Shown: one piece after another, positions 39,222-52,880 of the stretch | How positions within the stretch are numbered: the first letter of the stretch is position 1 | Layout: each line of letters begins with the position of its first letter | Assembly: GCA_964016885.1 (NCBI GenBank) | Contig: OZ024757.1 | Location: 36,828,001-36,892,000 of the forward strand | Source: Eledone cirrhosa | Taxonomy: Eukaryota | Length of the DNA: 64,000 nt | Reading direction: 5' to 3' | Notes under the pieces: model-generated | Databases searched by the model: none | Seen by the model: only the letters and a program-made list of their open reading frames with translations | What the model was told of the DNA's origin: nothing | Made by a program: the position numbers and the translations under genes

Positions 39222-40164
39222 CTCTCTTTCTCTCTCTCTCTATATATATATATATAGAGAGAGAGATCCATGTGTATATATACATTTTGTCTCACTTATG
39301 TGAAATAACACAAACATACACACACATATACATGAATACATACACACACAGATTAACAAGCCAAGCAACCGGCAATCGCCATCGTGTGTGTGTATGTGTG
39401 TATATAATATCCTGTGTGAAATTGATCGTCTGACAGACGACACGAAATCAATAAACTTTGTTGGATATGATTGATTTTCGTCCGAAGACATCGGTTATTT
39501 CGAGGTTACAGTCGTTATGGTCACAGGTCATTTGTGGTCAGAGAAACAGACACACACCTTTGATCAAAGTCAAATATGACTCCACCAACATCACCACCAT
39601 CACCATTTAAAGACGGTTAAAATGTGATGAGGTGTTGAAGGAGACTTGGCTGCTATTTCTAGCAGGTCGAGTAACTGCCTAGAAACAGACTCAGTCGTTT
39701 GTTCGTGTGTGATTGAATGGGTGTGTGTATGAGTGAGAGAGAGTGAGTGTATGTGTAAATGGTGTGATTGTGTGTGGGTTTGATGTTGTTTAGCCCTAGG
39801 TCAGCCCTGATCAGCCCAAATCTATAGTAAAAGGTATTCTACGTTCTAGTAAAACCATTCTTTCCATTTTTTTAACCCCCTGTTTTTGTTTTCCAAGACA
39901 CGGTATATTTAGGACTACATTTATAAATATATCCTTAAAAAAAAAACTAAAATTAAAATAAAATATAAAATAAAAGACGACAGGATGTGATTTGAGGGAG
40001 ATTCTGGTCGGTATTTTTAGCATGTCAAATGGCTATGTATGAGGTCCCCATATTGGTCTCTTATCAGCATCTTATCATACATCGAGTACTGCCCTGATAT
40101 GTGATCTCCCCGGTCCTTCGCATTGCAGACACTCCATATACATACATACATATACATATATACA

Positions 40165-40232
40165 CAGGGTGTCCCCCCAAAATGTACACATATTTATTAT
40201 AAGGTTGTGTATACATTTTTGGGGACACCCTG
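40165..40232. mobile_element. Very short Tc1/mariner MITE (CAGGGTGTCCC TIR)
   Basis: 68-bp palindromic element, same family as 39062. Confidence 0.75.
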
Positions 40233-40420
40233 TCAATATATATATATATATATACACATACTGTGTGTATGAACGGGAATAAAATGATGGGGGGGGGGGT
40301 GTCACGATTTAAATGTTTTCAATCCCTTATATAAATACCTTTATAGATATATATTTACTATTTTAAATTCCCATTTTTAAATGGCATTTAAATCAAATGT
40401 GACGTTTCCCTTCGTGACTC

Positions 40421-40490
<70 letters not shown>

Positions 40491-42346
40491 CAAGTGTAAA
40501 AGATAAAGAGAAATGACCATATATCCCCGAGAAAAACACAATATATTGTATATACACAGAGCACATATTTCAAAGAAAAATGTGTATATATACATATATA
40601 TATAATTACAACAGTAACATAAACAGGTATTGGACCCCAACTCATTCGGCCTGTCATAAGAAAAACAAATATATATATATAGGGAGAGGAGAGAATGAGT
40701 TTCGATAAATTGTGAAAATAATAATTAAAAATGACGGGTTTGATATAGTTTAACAATTCCATCACTGGAACATTTTATGTTATAAGAACTAAAATGTCAT
40801 TTTTTTTATTATCACACCCTTCACAGTGCTCGGTGTAATGGAATTCTCTGGGTGGGGCCAACTTTGAAAATGAATGATTTACGAAGGTTTTGAAGGCCAT
40901 AATTCCTTCAAAACACATCGAAAATTATATGAAAAATATAATAAATTTCACCCTTAAAATTCTAACCAAACCTTTCAACCAACTATCCTAAAAAAATTAA
41001 AATGTTTTAAAATTTAGTAGAAATAGAAGCTTTCGCCGTATTTTTTACTAAAGATAGTGGGGTTTAAAACCCTCTAAAAAATGGAAAAAGATGAGTATTA
41101 ACGTATATAAAATTATTTCGGAAGGTTTTCATATAAACAGGAACACTTTAAAAGGAGCAGTTTTGTATCATAGAAACTGGGATGGTTTGGTGGCATAAAT
41201 GTTGGTTGGTTGGTTGTTAAATTGGTATTTCGGGAAGCACCAGCAATAGAAGCCAGTCAAACTCCAGTGACTAACCTAAACAAACAATAAACATATGATT
41301 AAACGTGCCGGCGAGAGAGAAATCCCCTCGAGGGGATTATTACTGTAACGAAATAACAGCTAAATCTTTTAAACACCTTTCCTTGCCAGATTTCTAATGA
41401 GACACAACTGTCCCCTTATAATTTTCAAATTAACTTTCAAAATAACCAAGAATTTGGAGGGATTTAGTAATATATAACTATAAATTTCTCGTAATCTCGC
41501 CTTAATTATATATTTTTGAGCATTAAACCCCTTTCCTTGCCATATTTCTAATGAGACACACTGAAGCCCTATAATTTTCAAATTAACTTTGAAAATAACC
41601 AAGAATTATATATAATTATATTTCTCATAATCTCGCCTTAATTATATATTTTTGTGTGTATTATATTTATAAGGTTCCTAGCAATAATTAATCATATATA
41701 TTATTTGTGTTTATATTTTCATTCTGTAAGAATTATAAACAATTTGTAAGGTTATTTATTAAGCTTGAGTTTGGAACATAACATAACAAAGGTTCTTATA
41801 TTTCTCGAAGAGAAATTTTGCACTGCGGTACAAGACCCCTTCGAGGCCCGAAACAGGCAAAGATATTTCTCAAAATGGATGTTACATGGTTGCTGTGGGC
41901 CCTTCTTAGATCTTGGGTCCTGGAACAAAATACCGACTGGATCCCTCTCCTCTCATAGGGCCTGATCATAGGGATCTATACCCTCAGGACTTACCAAGGG
42001 CTAAACCAACAGCAACATCAGCACGCTGTTTTGTTTTGCTTTTGATTCACGATTTTTTTTAATAAACTGTGTGATCGATTTTAACTTTTCATTTCTCTAA
42101 AATAATATTCTGTGGGTGGTAGGAAGTTTAAAATAAAGGACCAGCTAACAAGTAAACAACCAGAATTGGAGGTTAGAATTGTAGGCACCCTAGTAACTAT
42201 CGTCTTTTCCTTCCTCATCACACCTCTTCAGACATTAAAATAATATTTGTGGCACTGTCTTGTGTCATGGAAACAACCCTTTTTTTTTTTTTTTTTTTAT
42301 TAAAGCAGACGACATTCTAGACAGACGTTTAAAACTACAGTATACA

Positions 42347-42406
<60 letters not shown>

Positions 42407-43249
42407 TGCATATACACATGTACATATATAAGCACATGCTTATACACATGTACATATATATACATATGTGATCCCCTTCGGAAAACCTCATTCTTTATAT
42501 ATATATATATATAATGAATGTACGTATATATCTATATATATACGGGGTCGATAAAATAAAGTACCAGTAATGTACTGGGTAATTGCTGGCCTTGTGCATA
42601 AAGTAGAAACAATTATATATATATATATATATGTACATATATATATATACATACATCTACACACATACATATATATATACATATATATATATACATACAT
42701 ATATATACATCTATATACATATACATACATCTATATACATACATATATATACATCTATATACATATACATACATCTATATACATACATATATATACATCT
42801 GCACACACACACACACATATATATATATACATACACAAACATACATATACATATATATGTAGATAGATAAGTGATTCTCTTCCCAATATATATCGGGAAG
42901 AGACCACAGTTTAAAAAAGCTACTCAATTCATTAGTAGAGTATAGTCATCTTTATATATAAATCATACAATTGACTTCTACATGACTAGAACTGTTTCAT
43001 TTGTATGAAATCACCATATGATTCAAATAAAAAGCCTTCTATATAATTGTAAATCTAATCTTAAGCCGGTATACCGGCATAGCTTAAGATTTACTAATAT
43101 ATACAAGACATTTATTTATTTACAAGCATGGCTTAAGATAAACTGAAGAAATCTTCTCATTGGAGATGATCAGTTGATTCCTCATAGCAAGCTCTAGTCA
43201 TACATATATATAGATTGATAGGTAGATATATAGATAGATTGATAGATAA

Positions 43250-43372
43250 AACCACTAGAGTACTCGATACTTGGGTAGTAGAGTGGGTAATGTGAAAAGA
43301 TTCAGGACCCCGACGGCAGAGCTCCGGCCGTTTCGACAGCTAGATCGGATTTAGCTGTCCTGAATCTTTTCA
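43250..43372 (-). mobile_element. HHR family C element with 5' inversion
   Basis: Stem II GACAGCUA/UAGCUGUC, GAAA, stem III ACGGC/GCCGU, C17; 16-bp inverted repeat 43293-43308 / 43357-43372 replaces the CUGAUGA half. Confidence 0.65.
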
Positions 43373-43431
43373 TATATATATATATATATATACATATATA
43401 TATACATGTGTGTGAGTCCCGGGTTCAATCG

Positions 43432-43540
43432 GTGGTAACCACAGTAAGTAAGGTACTCAATACATTAGTAGAGTGTAAACATCATGTTTAATATAGAAAT
43501 GGCTTCTACAAGACTAGAACTGTTTCTTTTGAATGAAACA
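43432..43540 (-). mobile_element. Truncated HHR family A element
   Basis: Aligns to 30620-30710; a more decayed copy lies at about 42973-43015. Confidence 0.65.
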
Positions 43541-43605
43541 CATAAATGTACATCATATATATATACAAAAAGTCTGGAACTGGCTGTTGGAACTGCAAGA
43601 GCTCA

Positions 43606-43638
<33 letters not shown>

Positions 43639-43849
43639 TGTATGTATATATATATATATATATGTGTGTGAGTGTGTGTGTGTATATATCAGTGCAATCC
43701 ATACAATATTGGAAGAATAAGATGCTAGATTCCTCGTATATTCAAATTCGAAACACTTACCTTTTCTAAGTCCATATTTACATTATGTTTAGCCGTCAAT
43801 TTGCTACACTCCGTATTGCTGCTGTGTTTCACATAGTCCGCCATGATTA

Positions 43850-45425
43850 AAGTGTTGTTGGTGGTGGTGATGGTGGTGGCGGTGATGGGTAGTGGTAGGG
43901 ATGGTGGTGGTGCTGGTCGTGTGGTGGTGTTGGTGGTAGTGGTAGGGATGGTGGTGGTGGTCGTGGGGGATGATGGTGCTGGTGCTGGTCGTGTGGTGGT
44001 GCTGGTCGTGTGGTGGTGTTGGTGGTAGTGGTAGGGATGGTGGTGGTGGTCGTGGGGGATGATGGTGCTGGTGCTGGTCGTGTGGTGGTGATGGTGGTGG
44101 CGGTGAGGAGTAGTGGTAGGGATGGTGGTGCTGGTGGTGGGGATGATGGTGCTGGTGTTGGTCTTGTGGTGGTGGTGGTAGTGGGGATGATGGTGCTGGT
44201 GCTGGTCTTGTGGTGGTGGTGGTAGTGGGGATGATGGTGCTGGTGCTGGTCTTGTGGTGGTGGTGGTGGTAGTGGGGAAGTATGTGGTGCTAGTAGTGTA
44301 TTGATGGTGGAGTCGATGCTGGTACTGGTCGTGTAGTGGTGGTAGTGCTGGTTGTGTAGAGATGGTGGGGATGATGGTGCTGGTCGTGTAGTGATGATGA
44401 TGGTGGGGGAGTCAGTGGTGCTGGTCGTGTGGTGGGGTCGGTGGTGTTGGTGGTAGAGATGGTGGTGGTCTGGTGGTGGGGATGATGGTGCTGGTGCTGG
44501 TCGTGTAGTGGTGGTGATGGTGGGGGAGTCAGTGGTGCTGGACGTGTGGTGATGGAGGTAGTGGAGCTGTTGCTGGTCGTGTGGAGATGGTAGGGGTTGG
44601 TGCTGGTGCTGGTACTAGTCGTGTGGTGACGGTGGAGGTGGTGGGTCGGTGGTGCTGGTGCTGGTCGTGTGGTGATGGTGGAGATATTGATGGTGGTGGT
44701 GGACTCGGTGGTGTTGGTGGTCGCGTTGAGGGTGGTGGTATTAGCGGTGTTGGTGTTGGTGCTGGAGCTTGTTGATGCTGATAGAGGTGGCGGCGGTGCT
44801 GGTGGTCGTGTCAGTGTTTATGGCGATGGTGCTGATGGTACCGGCGATATTAGTAGTGGTGGTGGGGATAGTGTTGTTGTGGTGGTGCTGGTAGTGGTGG
44901 AGCTGCTGGCTATGTTAGTGTTGTTATTGTTGTTGGTGGTGGTGGTGGCAATAGTGTTGTTGTTGCTGTTGTTAGTACTTGTGATGATGCTATTAGTAGT
45001 GTTAGTGGCACTAGTGGTGGTAACGACGATGGTTTTGGTGTTGGTGTTGCCGGTAGTACGGCAGTGGTGGAGACGGCGATAGTGCCACCGATGGTGGTAG
45101 TAGTAGTAATGGTAGTGGATGGTGGTGATGGCGGTGGTGGTAGTAATAGTAGTGGATGGTGGCGGTGGTAGTAATAGTAGTGGATGGTGGTGGTGGTAGT
45201 AATAGTAGTGGATGGTGGCGGTGATAGTAATAGTAGTGGATGGTGGTGGTGGTAGTAATAGTAGTGGATGGTGGCGGTGGAAGTAGTAATAGTAATGAAC
45301 GAGGGTGGTGGTGGTGGCGGCGGTGGCAACAGTGAGAGGAAGAGAGAGAAGTGGTGGTAGTAGTAGTGAAAGGTGATGGTGATGGCGATGGCGGTAGTAG
45401 TGAATGATGGTGGTGGTGGTGGCGA
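43850..45425. repeat. (GGT/GCT/AGT)n low-complexity array
   Basis: Seen directly. Confidence 0.93.
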
Positions 45426-45427
45426 CA

Positions 45428-45506
<79 letters not shown>

Positions 45507-46157
45507 AGAACAACAACAACAACAAGAGTGAAGGATATCTCAGCAACAGGGATGATGGTGGTGAGAGAGGTCTGACATTATTACTAACAATAACATTTCT
45601 TCTTCTTAACCTTCTTCTTCATTCATCACTTGTTGTTGTTGTTGTTCTATCACTGAAGCTCTTCCTTCCTCTTCACTCCTTTCTCCCTCCTTCCTTCCAT
45701 ACATACAACGTCTCTCTCTCACACACACACTGTGTGCGTGTGTTTCTCTCTCTCACATACACTGTCTGTCTCTGTGTGTCTCACACACACACACTATCTG
45801 TCTCTCTATGTGTGTGTCTCTCTCTCATATACACTCTATATGTCTGTGTGTGTGTGTGACTCACCCACACACACTATCTGTATGTGTCTCTCTATCTTCC
45901 TATATATATCTGTCTCTCTGTATCCCTCTTTGCGTGTGCCTCTCTCTCATACATATACACTATCTGTCTCACATACATACACTATCTCTCTCTCTGTCTC
46001 TCTCTCTCACATACATACACACTCTCTCTCTCTCTCACACATACATACATTATCTCCCTCTGTCTCTGTCTCTTTCTCTCCACTCCCTTCCCATTTCTTA
46101 TTATTCCTTGCCAGTTCCTTGTCTCCTAATCTTTCCATTACACACACACACACATAC

Positions 46158-46190
<33 letters not shown>

Positions 46191-46232
46191 CATGCATACA
46201 TACCCATACATTCATGATACACATATACATAT

Positions 46233-46313
<81 letters not shown>

Positions 46314-46895
46314 CGTGTGTGTCTGTGTTGATGTTCCTTGTCTGTCTATTTAGCTCAGCTTTTAGCATTTTTTCTTTCTTGTCTTCTTCTTCTTCTTCTT
46401 CTTCCTCTTCCTCCTCTCCTACAACCCACCACCACCACCACCAATTATTCTGTCTGTCTCACAGCCTCTCCACATCCACCACCACCTCCTTTCTCTAAGG
46501 CTAAACAATAAAACTAGGAAAAAAACCCAAACTTTTATCTATATCACATCTTTCTTTCTTTCTCCTTCCCCCATTTTCTCTCTCAATTTCTTTGACTTTA
46601 CAATGAAATCTATTCACTTTGTGCCATTTCCAGCTTGTCTACACTACTTGTTTATTTGTTTCAGATAAAAAGAAGAAAAAAAAGAAAAATCATTCATGAT
46701 GAAATAAAAGGTCCTGCACCACTTTCGAAGATGAGCATCAAGCAGTTTCATCGTTCCAGATCATTGCATTTAAATCTTGTGTTTAAACCATACGAGGTCA
46801 ACTTTGCCTTTCCATCCTTTGAGATAAGCATACACACACACACACATATATATACACACATATATTTATATATATATACACACACACACTCACAG

Positions 46896-46926
<31 letters not shown>

Positions 46927-47897
46927 TATATATTATATATAATATATATACATGCACATATAAACATGCATGCACATATACATATAAACACATGCATGCA
47001 TACAAATACACACAGACATACACAAACACCCAAACAAACATACATACATACATACATACACTTATGCATATACATACATACACAGAAACAAAAACACACA
47101 CACATATATACACATAAACACTCATACAAATAAACATATAGACATGCACACACACATATATAAACACACATGCAAACATACACATACACACATATAGACA
47201 CACACACATACACACATGCATATAAACATATAGACATACACACATCACATACATGCAAACACACACATACACATAAACACTCATACATATAAACACACAC
47301 ATACATGCAAGCACACACATACATATAAACACACACATACATGGAAACACACACATACACATAAACACTCATACATACATACATATAAACATATAGACAT
47401 ACACATACATATAAACACACTTACATACATGACAATACACACACCTACATTCATAAATACACATAAACACTCATACATATAAACACATTCACATACATGC
47501 AAACACACACACCTACATACATAAATAAACATAAACACTCATACACACATACATATAAACACACTCACATACAGGCAAACACACACACCTACATACACAC
47601 ATATTCACATAAACACATTCATATAGATACACACAGACAGATATGATAATCGGACCGACCAATGGGATGTCTGGAAGTGAATGCCACTGATGTCGGTCAA
47701 TGGGAAAAACAGAAGCTGAAAAAATCATGGGGTTCTGTGTGAAGGGAGAGCAGACTGACCAATGAAGGAGATTCTGTCTGAGATTTTAACAAATAGGAGA
47801 GAACTTAAACTCCAAGGAAAGAAAAATATTTAAAAAATAGCATAAACACAAATAAATAAATATATATATATATATATTTATTTATTTGTGTTTATGC

Positions 47898-47956
<59 letters not shown>

Positions 47957-48094
47957 GGAACGGCTAATTCTGGACTAAATAGTCCAGAATTAGCCGTCGG
48001 GGTCCTACTCGTTCCTATTTCCCACTCTATTACCCTAAGTATTGAGTACTTTGGTGCGTTATGGTCCATCTGGTTCCTTATCACATTTCCTTTG

Positions 48095-48095
<1 letters not shown>
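47957..48095 (+). mobile_element. HHR family C fragment with 18-bp perfect hairpin
   Basis: ACGGCTAATTCTGGACTA aa TAGTCCAGAATTAGCCGT-C-GGGGTCC..attgagtact. Confidence 0.65.
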
Positions 48096-48140
<45 letters not shown>

Positions 48141-48434
48141 AAGATGAAATAAAAGATGGTTATAAGAGTTCCATATATATGCATCAGTTTTATTGTTCTA
48201 CAATATTACTCACCTTCTATATATATATATTGAAAGGATAACAAGGACGATTGGTTACTCCTTCATTACATTTATTGGTAGGTGACGCGCGTTTCGCCAC
48301 TGATCAGCTCAAGGTTCGATCTGTATCGATCCTACCCGACTCAATGATCGGCAGCTCAATGGACCCTTTAAAATGCTATAAGAAAATGAAATACATGCTA
48401 TGTGGTAAAGACAGAATTTCAAGTTACACCCCCT

Positions 48435-48532
<98 letters not shown>

Positions 48533-48533
<1 letters not shown>

Positions 48534-48583
48534 GCTTCTAAAGGACTAGAACTGTTTCATTCAGGAGAAATCATCAGGAAGCC
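48533..48583 (-). ncRNA. Type I hammerhead motif (family A), two mismatched pairs
   Basis: GGCUUC-CUGAUGA-UUUCUCCUGAAU-GAA-ACAG..CUUU-A|GAAGCC; short inverted copy follows at 48583-48598. Confidence 0.7.
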
Positions 48584-49624
48584 CTGATAATTTCTCCCGG
48601 TTTCTCCTTTTCTATATTAAATATATATAATATATATATATAATATATATATGTGTGTGTGTACTGAAGTAAAAGTTAAGTGAAAAATGCAGTAAAAACC
48701 AGTTAGACCATTACTCCCCAGAGTACTCAATACTTGGGGTAGTAGAGTCTGGTAATATGAAAGAGGCGGGACCCAACAGCTGAGCTCTTGCCATTTCAAC
48801 ATCTAACTCCATCTATCTATCTTTCCATATAAATATATATATAAATATATATATATATATATGTAGTGGTGGTGTTAGTGGTAGTGGGGGTGTTAGTGGT
48901 AGTGGGGGTGTTAGTGGTAGTAGGGGTGTTAGTGATGTAGATGATAATGGTCACTATTTTCATTATTTCTAACATGTCAGACAAGTCCATCATTAACCTT
49001 GGAAATTGATATAATTTTTATTCATAAATGAACTCCAGCTAACAATAGCCATCTCTTCAATGAGTAATGAGGAGTTTAGAACTTGCAACCGGAATTGATT
49101 TTCCTCAAAGAATAAATAATAAATCACTAATTGCATAAGTGCAGACTTCCTCAGCTGATTACAGTTTACGTTTATGTTCAAAAATGTTATTCTATATTAG
49201 CAGTTCTCAACCTGGTGTCTGCAGCCCTTGGGTGGGGGACGGGTATGTAAGCCAAGTTCACAATTTCAAGTGCTTTATCAGAAATATAATCATCATCATC
49301 ATCGTTTAACGTCCATCTTCCAACTAGCATGGGTTAGACGGTTTCATTTCATTATATGCGAGATTTGTCGGGAGACTGTGTCTCGCTTGCATGGAAGAGT
49401 CTCTGGCAGGTTTTTTTTTACAGCTGGATACCCTTCCTAACACCAACCACATTTACAGTGTCGACTGGGAGCCTTTTTACCGTGTCTCTAACACGGCCAC
49501 CTTACAGTGTGGATTGTTGTGTCATCGACACAGTGGACGGAACGGGAGAGGGAGGGTGGGGTAGAGATGTGGGGTGGGGTGTACATTGAGTTAAGAGGTG
49601 CCTACTGACTGTAGGTTTGTATGC

Positions 49625-49812
49625 AATGGCAGTTGGGTCTTCTGTACAACTGCATGGCACCAAAGATCTCGATCCAGTGTCATTGTCTTAGAGAGGTGTA
49701 AGTGGGCAAGGTCAGTTTTTATCACCTCGTCCCAGGTTTTTCTTGGTCTACCCACTCCGCAGCTTCCATCAATTTTCATTGCTCTGCACTTTTTTATACA
49801 GCTGTTGTCCTT
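49625..49812 (-). mobile_element. RTE LINE 3' ORF fragment
   Basis: CIKKCRAMKIDGSCGVGRPRKTWDEVIKTDL..DRDLW. Confidence 0.8.
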
Positions 49813-49962
49813 CATACTATACATAATATACATATATATAATAATAAAAGGACGATTTGGTATATATATATATATATATAATGTAAACAGAAATAACAAC
49901 ACAATCGGTACAGTATATGGAAGGAATATATTAGGTTAATGCTTGAAATAGCAGGAAGAGGG

Positions 49963-49998
49963 TCTTAACCTTTCGGACGTTAGTCCTTCATCAGAAGA
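49963..49998 (-). ncRNA. Minimal type I hammerhead motif (family B)
   Basis: UCUU-CUGAUGA-A-GGAC uaac GUCC-GAAA-GG-UU|AAGA. Confidence 0.65.
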
Positions 49999-50088
49999 AA
50001 GAATGAGAAATTAGAAAGATTGAAGGGGCAGGTGGGGCAGAATTGGAAAAAATGTTTATAGGGAAATATAACAAGTCCATTCATGTTA

Positions 50089-50141
<53 letters not shown>

Positions 50142-50999
50142 ATGATGATATATATATATATATATCATCATCATCATCATCATCATTTTACGTCCGCTTA
50201 TATATATATATATATATATATATATCATGGGTATTGTAATTTTATATATAACAAATTTCTGAAACACACACATTCACACATACATATATATATATATATA
50301 TGCAAAAAGGGATATACATATATATTCACAAACAACCTTGCCCAGACTTGTGCCTCAGTGGGGAACTTTCTAGGTACAAATCCCATGATCATTCGTGGCC
50401 AAAGAAGAAAAAGAAGTCAGGTTTGGGAAGATCTACAAAACCCCACACCCACTGGAGTTGCCTTCTAATGATTTTTTAGGCAAAACCAACACACTCGCAG
50501 CATTGCCACAGGTGATAGCGTGGCTACGTAGCTGTAATAGTCAAGTACAATCGTGGATACTATTGTTTAATCATTCTTCTCTAAGTATAATCATTTCTCT
50601 TTTTCGATTATTATTATCATATATTCACTGCATAACAGCATGGGGGAGGTAAGCAATTGTAGCGGCGCAGGGCGGGTTCGGTGGATAAATTCCCAAGGAG
50701 TCCTTGGTAGTGGAAGGTTTGGGAACTGTCCACGTAGAAGTTCCTTTAAATAGGATTCATTATTGAACAAGATATCGCGTAAAAATTGCAGGGAGATAAC
50801 TCCCAATCATTAAACAACTTTATTTCCCATGGCTCTAGTCCACTCAGAGCGCCAGCTGCTCTATATATCTCTTTTTTTTTTGTCAATTATTTGGCGGAAT
50901 TGTTAGAAAGTCAGATGGAATGTTTTGTGGTATCCATTCCACACACACACACATATATATACTCCTTCTCTGAGTTCCTGTTCTTCCCCCTAGCCGATC

Positions 51000-51035
51000 T
51001 TTCCTGACAAAGGACTTCAGTCCGAAACGTTGAAA
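51000..51035 (+). ncRNA. Minimal hammerhead motif with core mutation (family B)
   Basis: UUUC-CUGACAA-A-GGAC uuca GUCC-GAAA-CG-UU|GAAA; G8 changed to A. Confidence 0.55.
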
Positions 51036-51673
51036 CCTCTTCCACTTCCATCAAGCGTGAACCTAATATAACTGTGTACAATTGGCCCCTGTGTTTTGTT
51101 CGTTCATTTTCAACTATAATGTATATATATATATAGCCGCTCCGTAGCGAATGCTGGTCATTTTTTGTCGATAGTGAGTGTGTGTTCGTCATAACACAGT
51201 TATGTTAAGGGTAGTAACTCAGTAAAGATTTAACTCCGAGGAACATTTGTCTCCCTTAGTAATAATTTGATTTTTGTTGTTGATTTTCTGTTATTTTTTT
51301 TAAAGGAAATTTTAGTACTGCACAAATCTTTGTGGCCGGTAACATGACACAATTTTAAAAAAAATATTTTTTTTTAGTCTAAGAAGCATTTTTTATGGCT
51401 AATTTTAAATATTCTATATGTCTGTTCAAATATTTGAACCATAATTTACAATGTAAGCACCGCATGAAATATTTGACCCAAAATGTAAACTTCCTGCACA
51501 AAATTAAGGAAGAACTGCACAAGCAAATGTCAACAGCACATTAAAATAATCACTGATATTTATATTTATATATATATATATATATTATATATTATAAACC
51601 TTATAGTATTTACATGTTACTTTTCGTAAATATAGAGTACTAAGTTGAATAATGGTCCTACCAGTAATATTCC

Positions 51674-51766
<93 letters not shown>

Positions 51767-52123
51767 CGAGGGTAATCCCAAAAGTAAGGTCTCCAAAGCG
51801 ATGGGGACGCAGAGATGGTGCTTCCTTCACTCCCAAACAAGCATGCGCGCGCTTCGCTGGGATACTCAATCTTGGTTTGGCAGCCGTTGAGAATGGAGCT
51901 CCCTTTGAATGCTACCGCCAAGTGCGAATTTCGCGCAGTTATTATATACAAAGGCAATACAAAAAGTAAGGTCTCCTTCCGAGGAAAACATGCGTAAAGA
52001 TCGGCGGATCACTCTGGATGCTCTTTGCATTTTGGTTCCTGAGGTTTCCCGAAGCACCATCCACAGGATTTTAACGGAAAAGTTACAATATCGGAAGGAG
52101 ACCTTACTTTTGGGATTGCCCTC

Positions 52124-52124
<1 letters not shown>
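51767..52124 (+). mobile_element. mariner-derived non-autonomous element
   Basis: 28-bp TIRs with 1 mismatch, TA flanks; transposase remnants MELPLNATAKCEFRAVI and RKDRRITLDAL..VSRSTIHRILTEKLQYRK. Confidence 0.9.
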
Positions 52125-52180
<56 letters not shown>

Positions 52181-52356
52181 ATAAAACAATAGAAATTTTA
52201 TTTATATATCAATAAATATGTCAATACAATTTATATAGAATATAAACACAATTTATATTATATTTATATTATGAATATAATTTAAAAAATAGACACAAAT
52301 AATATATACAATACTTAATGAATACTTCTTAGAGGATAAAAATATAATCATAAATA

Positions 52357-52745
52357 ATTGTTTCTACTTTAGGCACAAGGTCAGCAAATACCCAGTGCAT
52401 TACTGGTACTTTATTTTATCGACCCCGTAAGGATGAAAGGCAAAGTCAACCTCGGCGGGATTTGAACTCAGATCGTAAAGGGTCGTAACTATGCTGGAAA
52501 GCATGGCGTCCGACCCTCTACCGATACTGCCAATCCACCACCCTTATATATAATCATAAATAATTGTTTCTACGTTAGGCACAAGGCCAGCAATCACCCA
52601 GTGTATTACTGGTACTTTATTTTATCGACCCCGTAAGGATGAAAGGCAAAGTTAACCTCGGCGGGATTTGAACTCAGAATGGCAAGCGCCGTAACTCTAT
52701 GCGCCAAAGCATCGCATCCGACACTCTACCAATACTGCCAATCCA
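52357..52745 (-). mobile_element. Two tandem SINEs (Meta-domain-like family)
   Basis: Reverse complements of the 1412 family, CpG-rich. Confidence 0.85.
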
Positions 52746-52845
52746 CTCTATATAATCATAAATAATAAAAACAATTAATTATTGCTAGGAACCTTATAAA
52801 TATAATACACACAAATATATAATCAAAACGAGGGAAAAAACCCAA

Positions 52846-52880
<35 letters not shown>

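Noticed and set aside
43140-43185. CUGAAGA plus hairpin
   Set aside because: GAUC in place of GAAA and no clear stem III.
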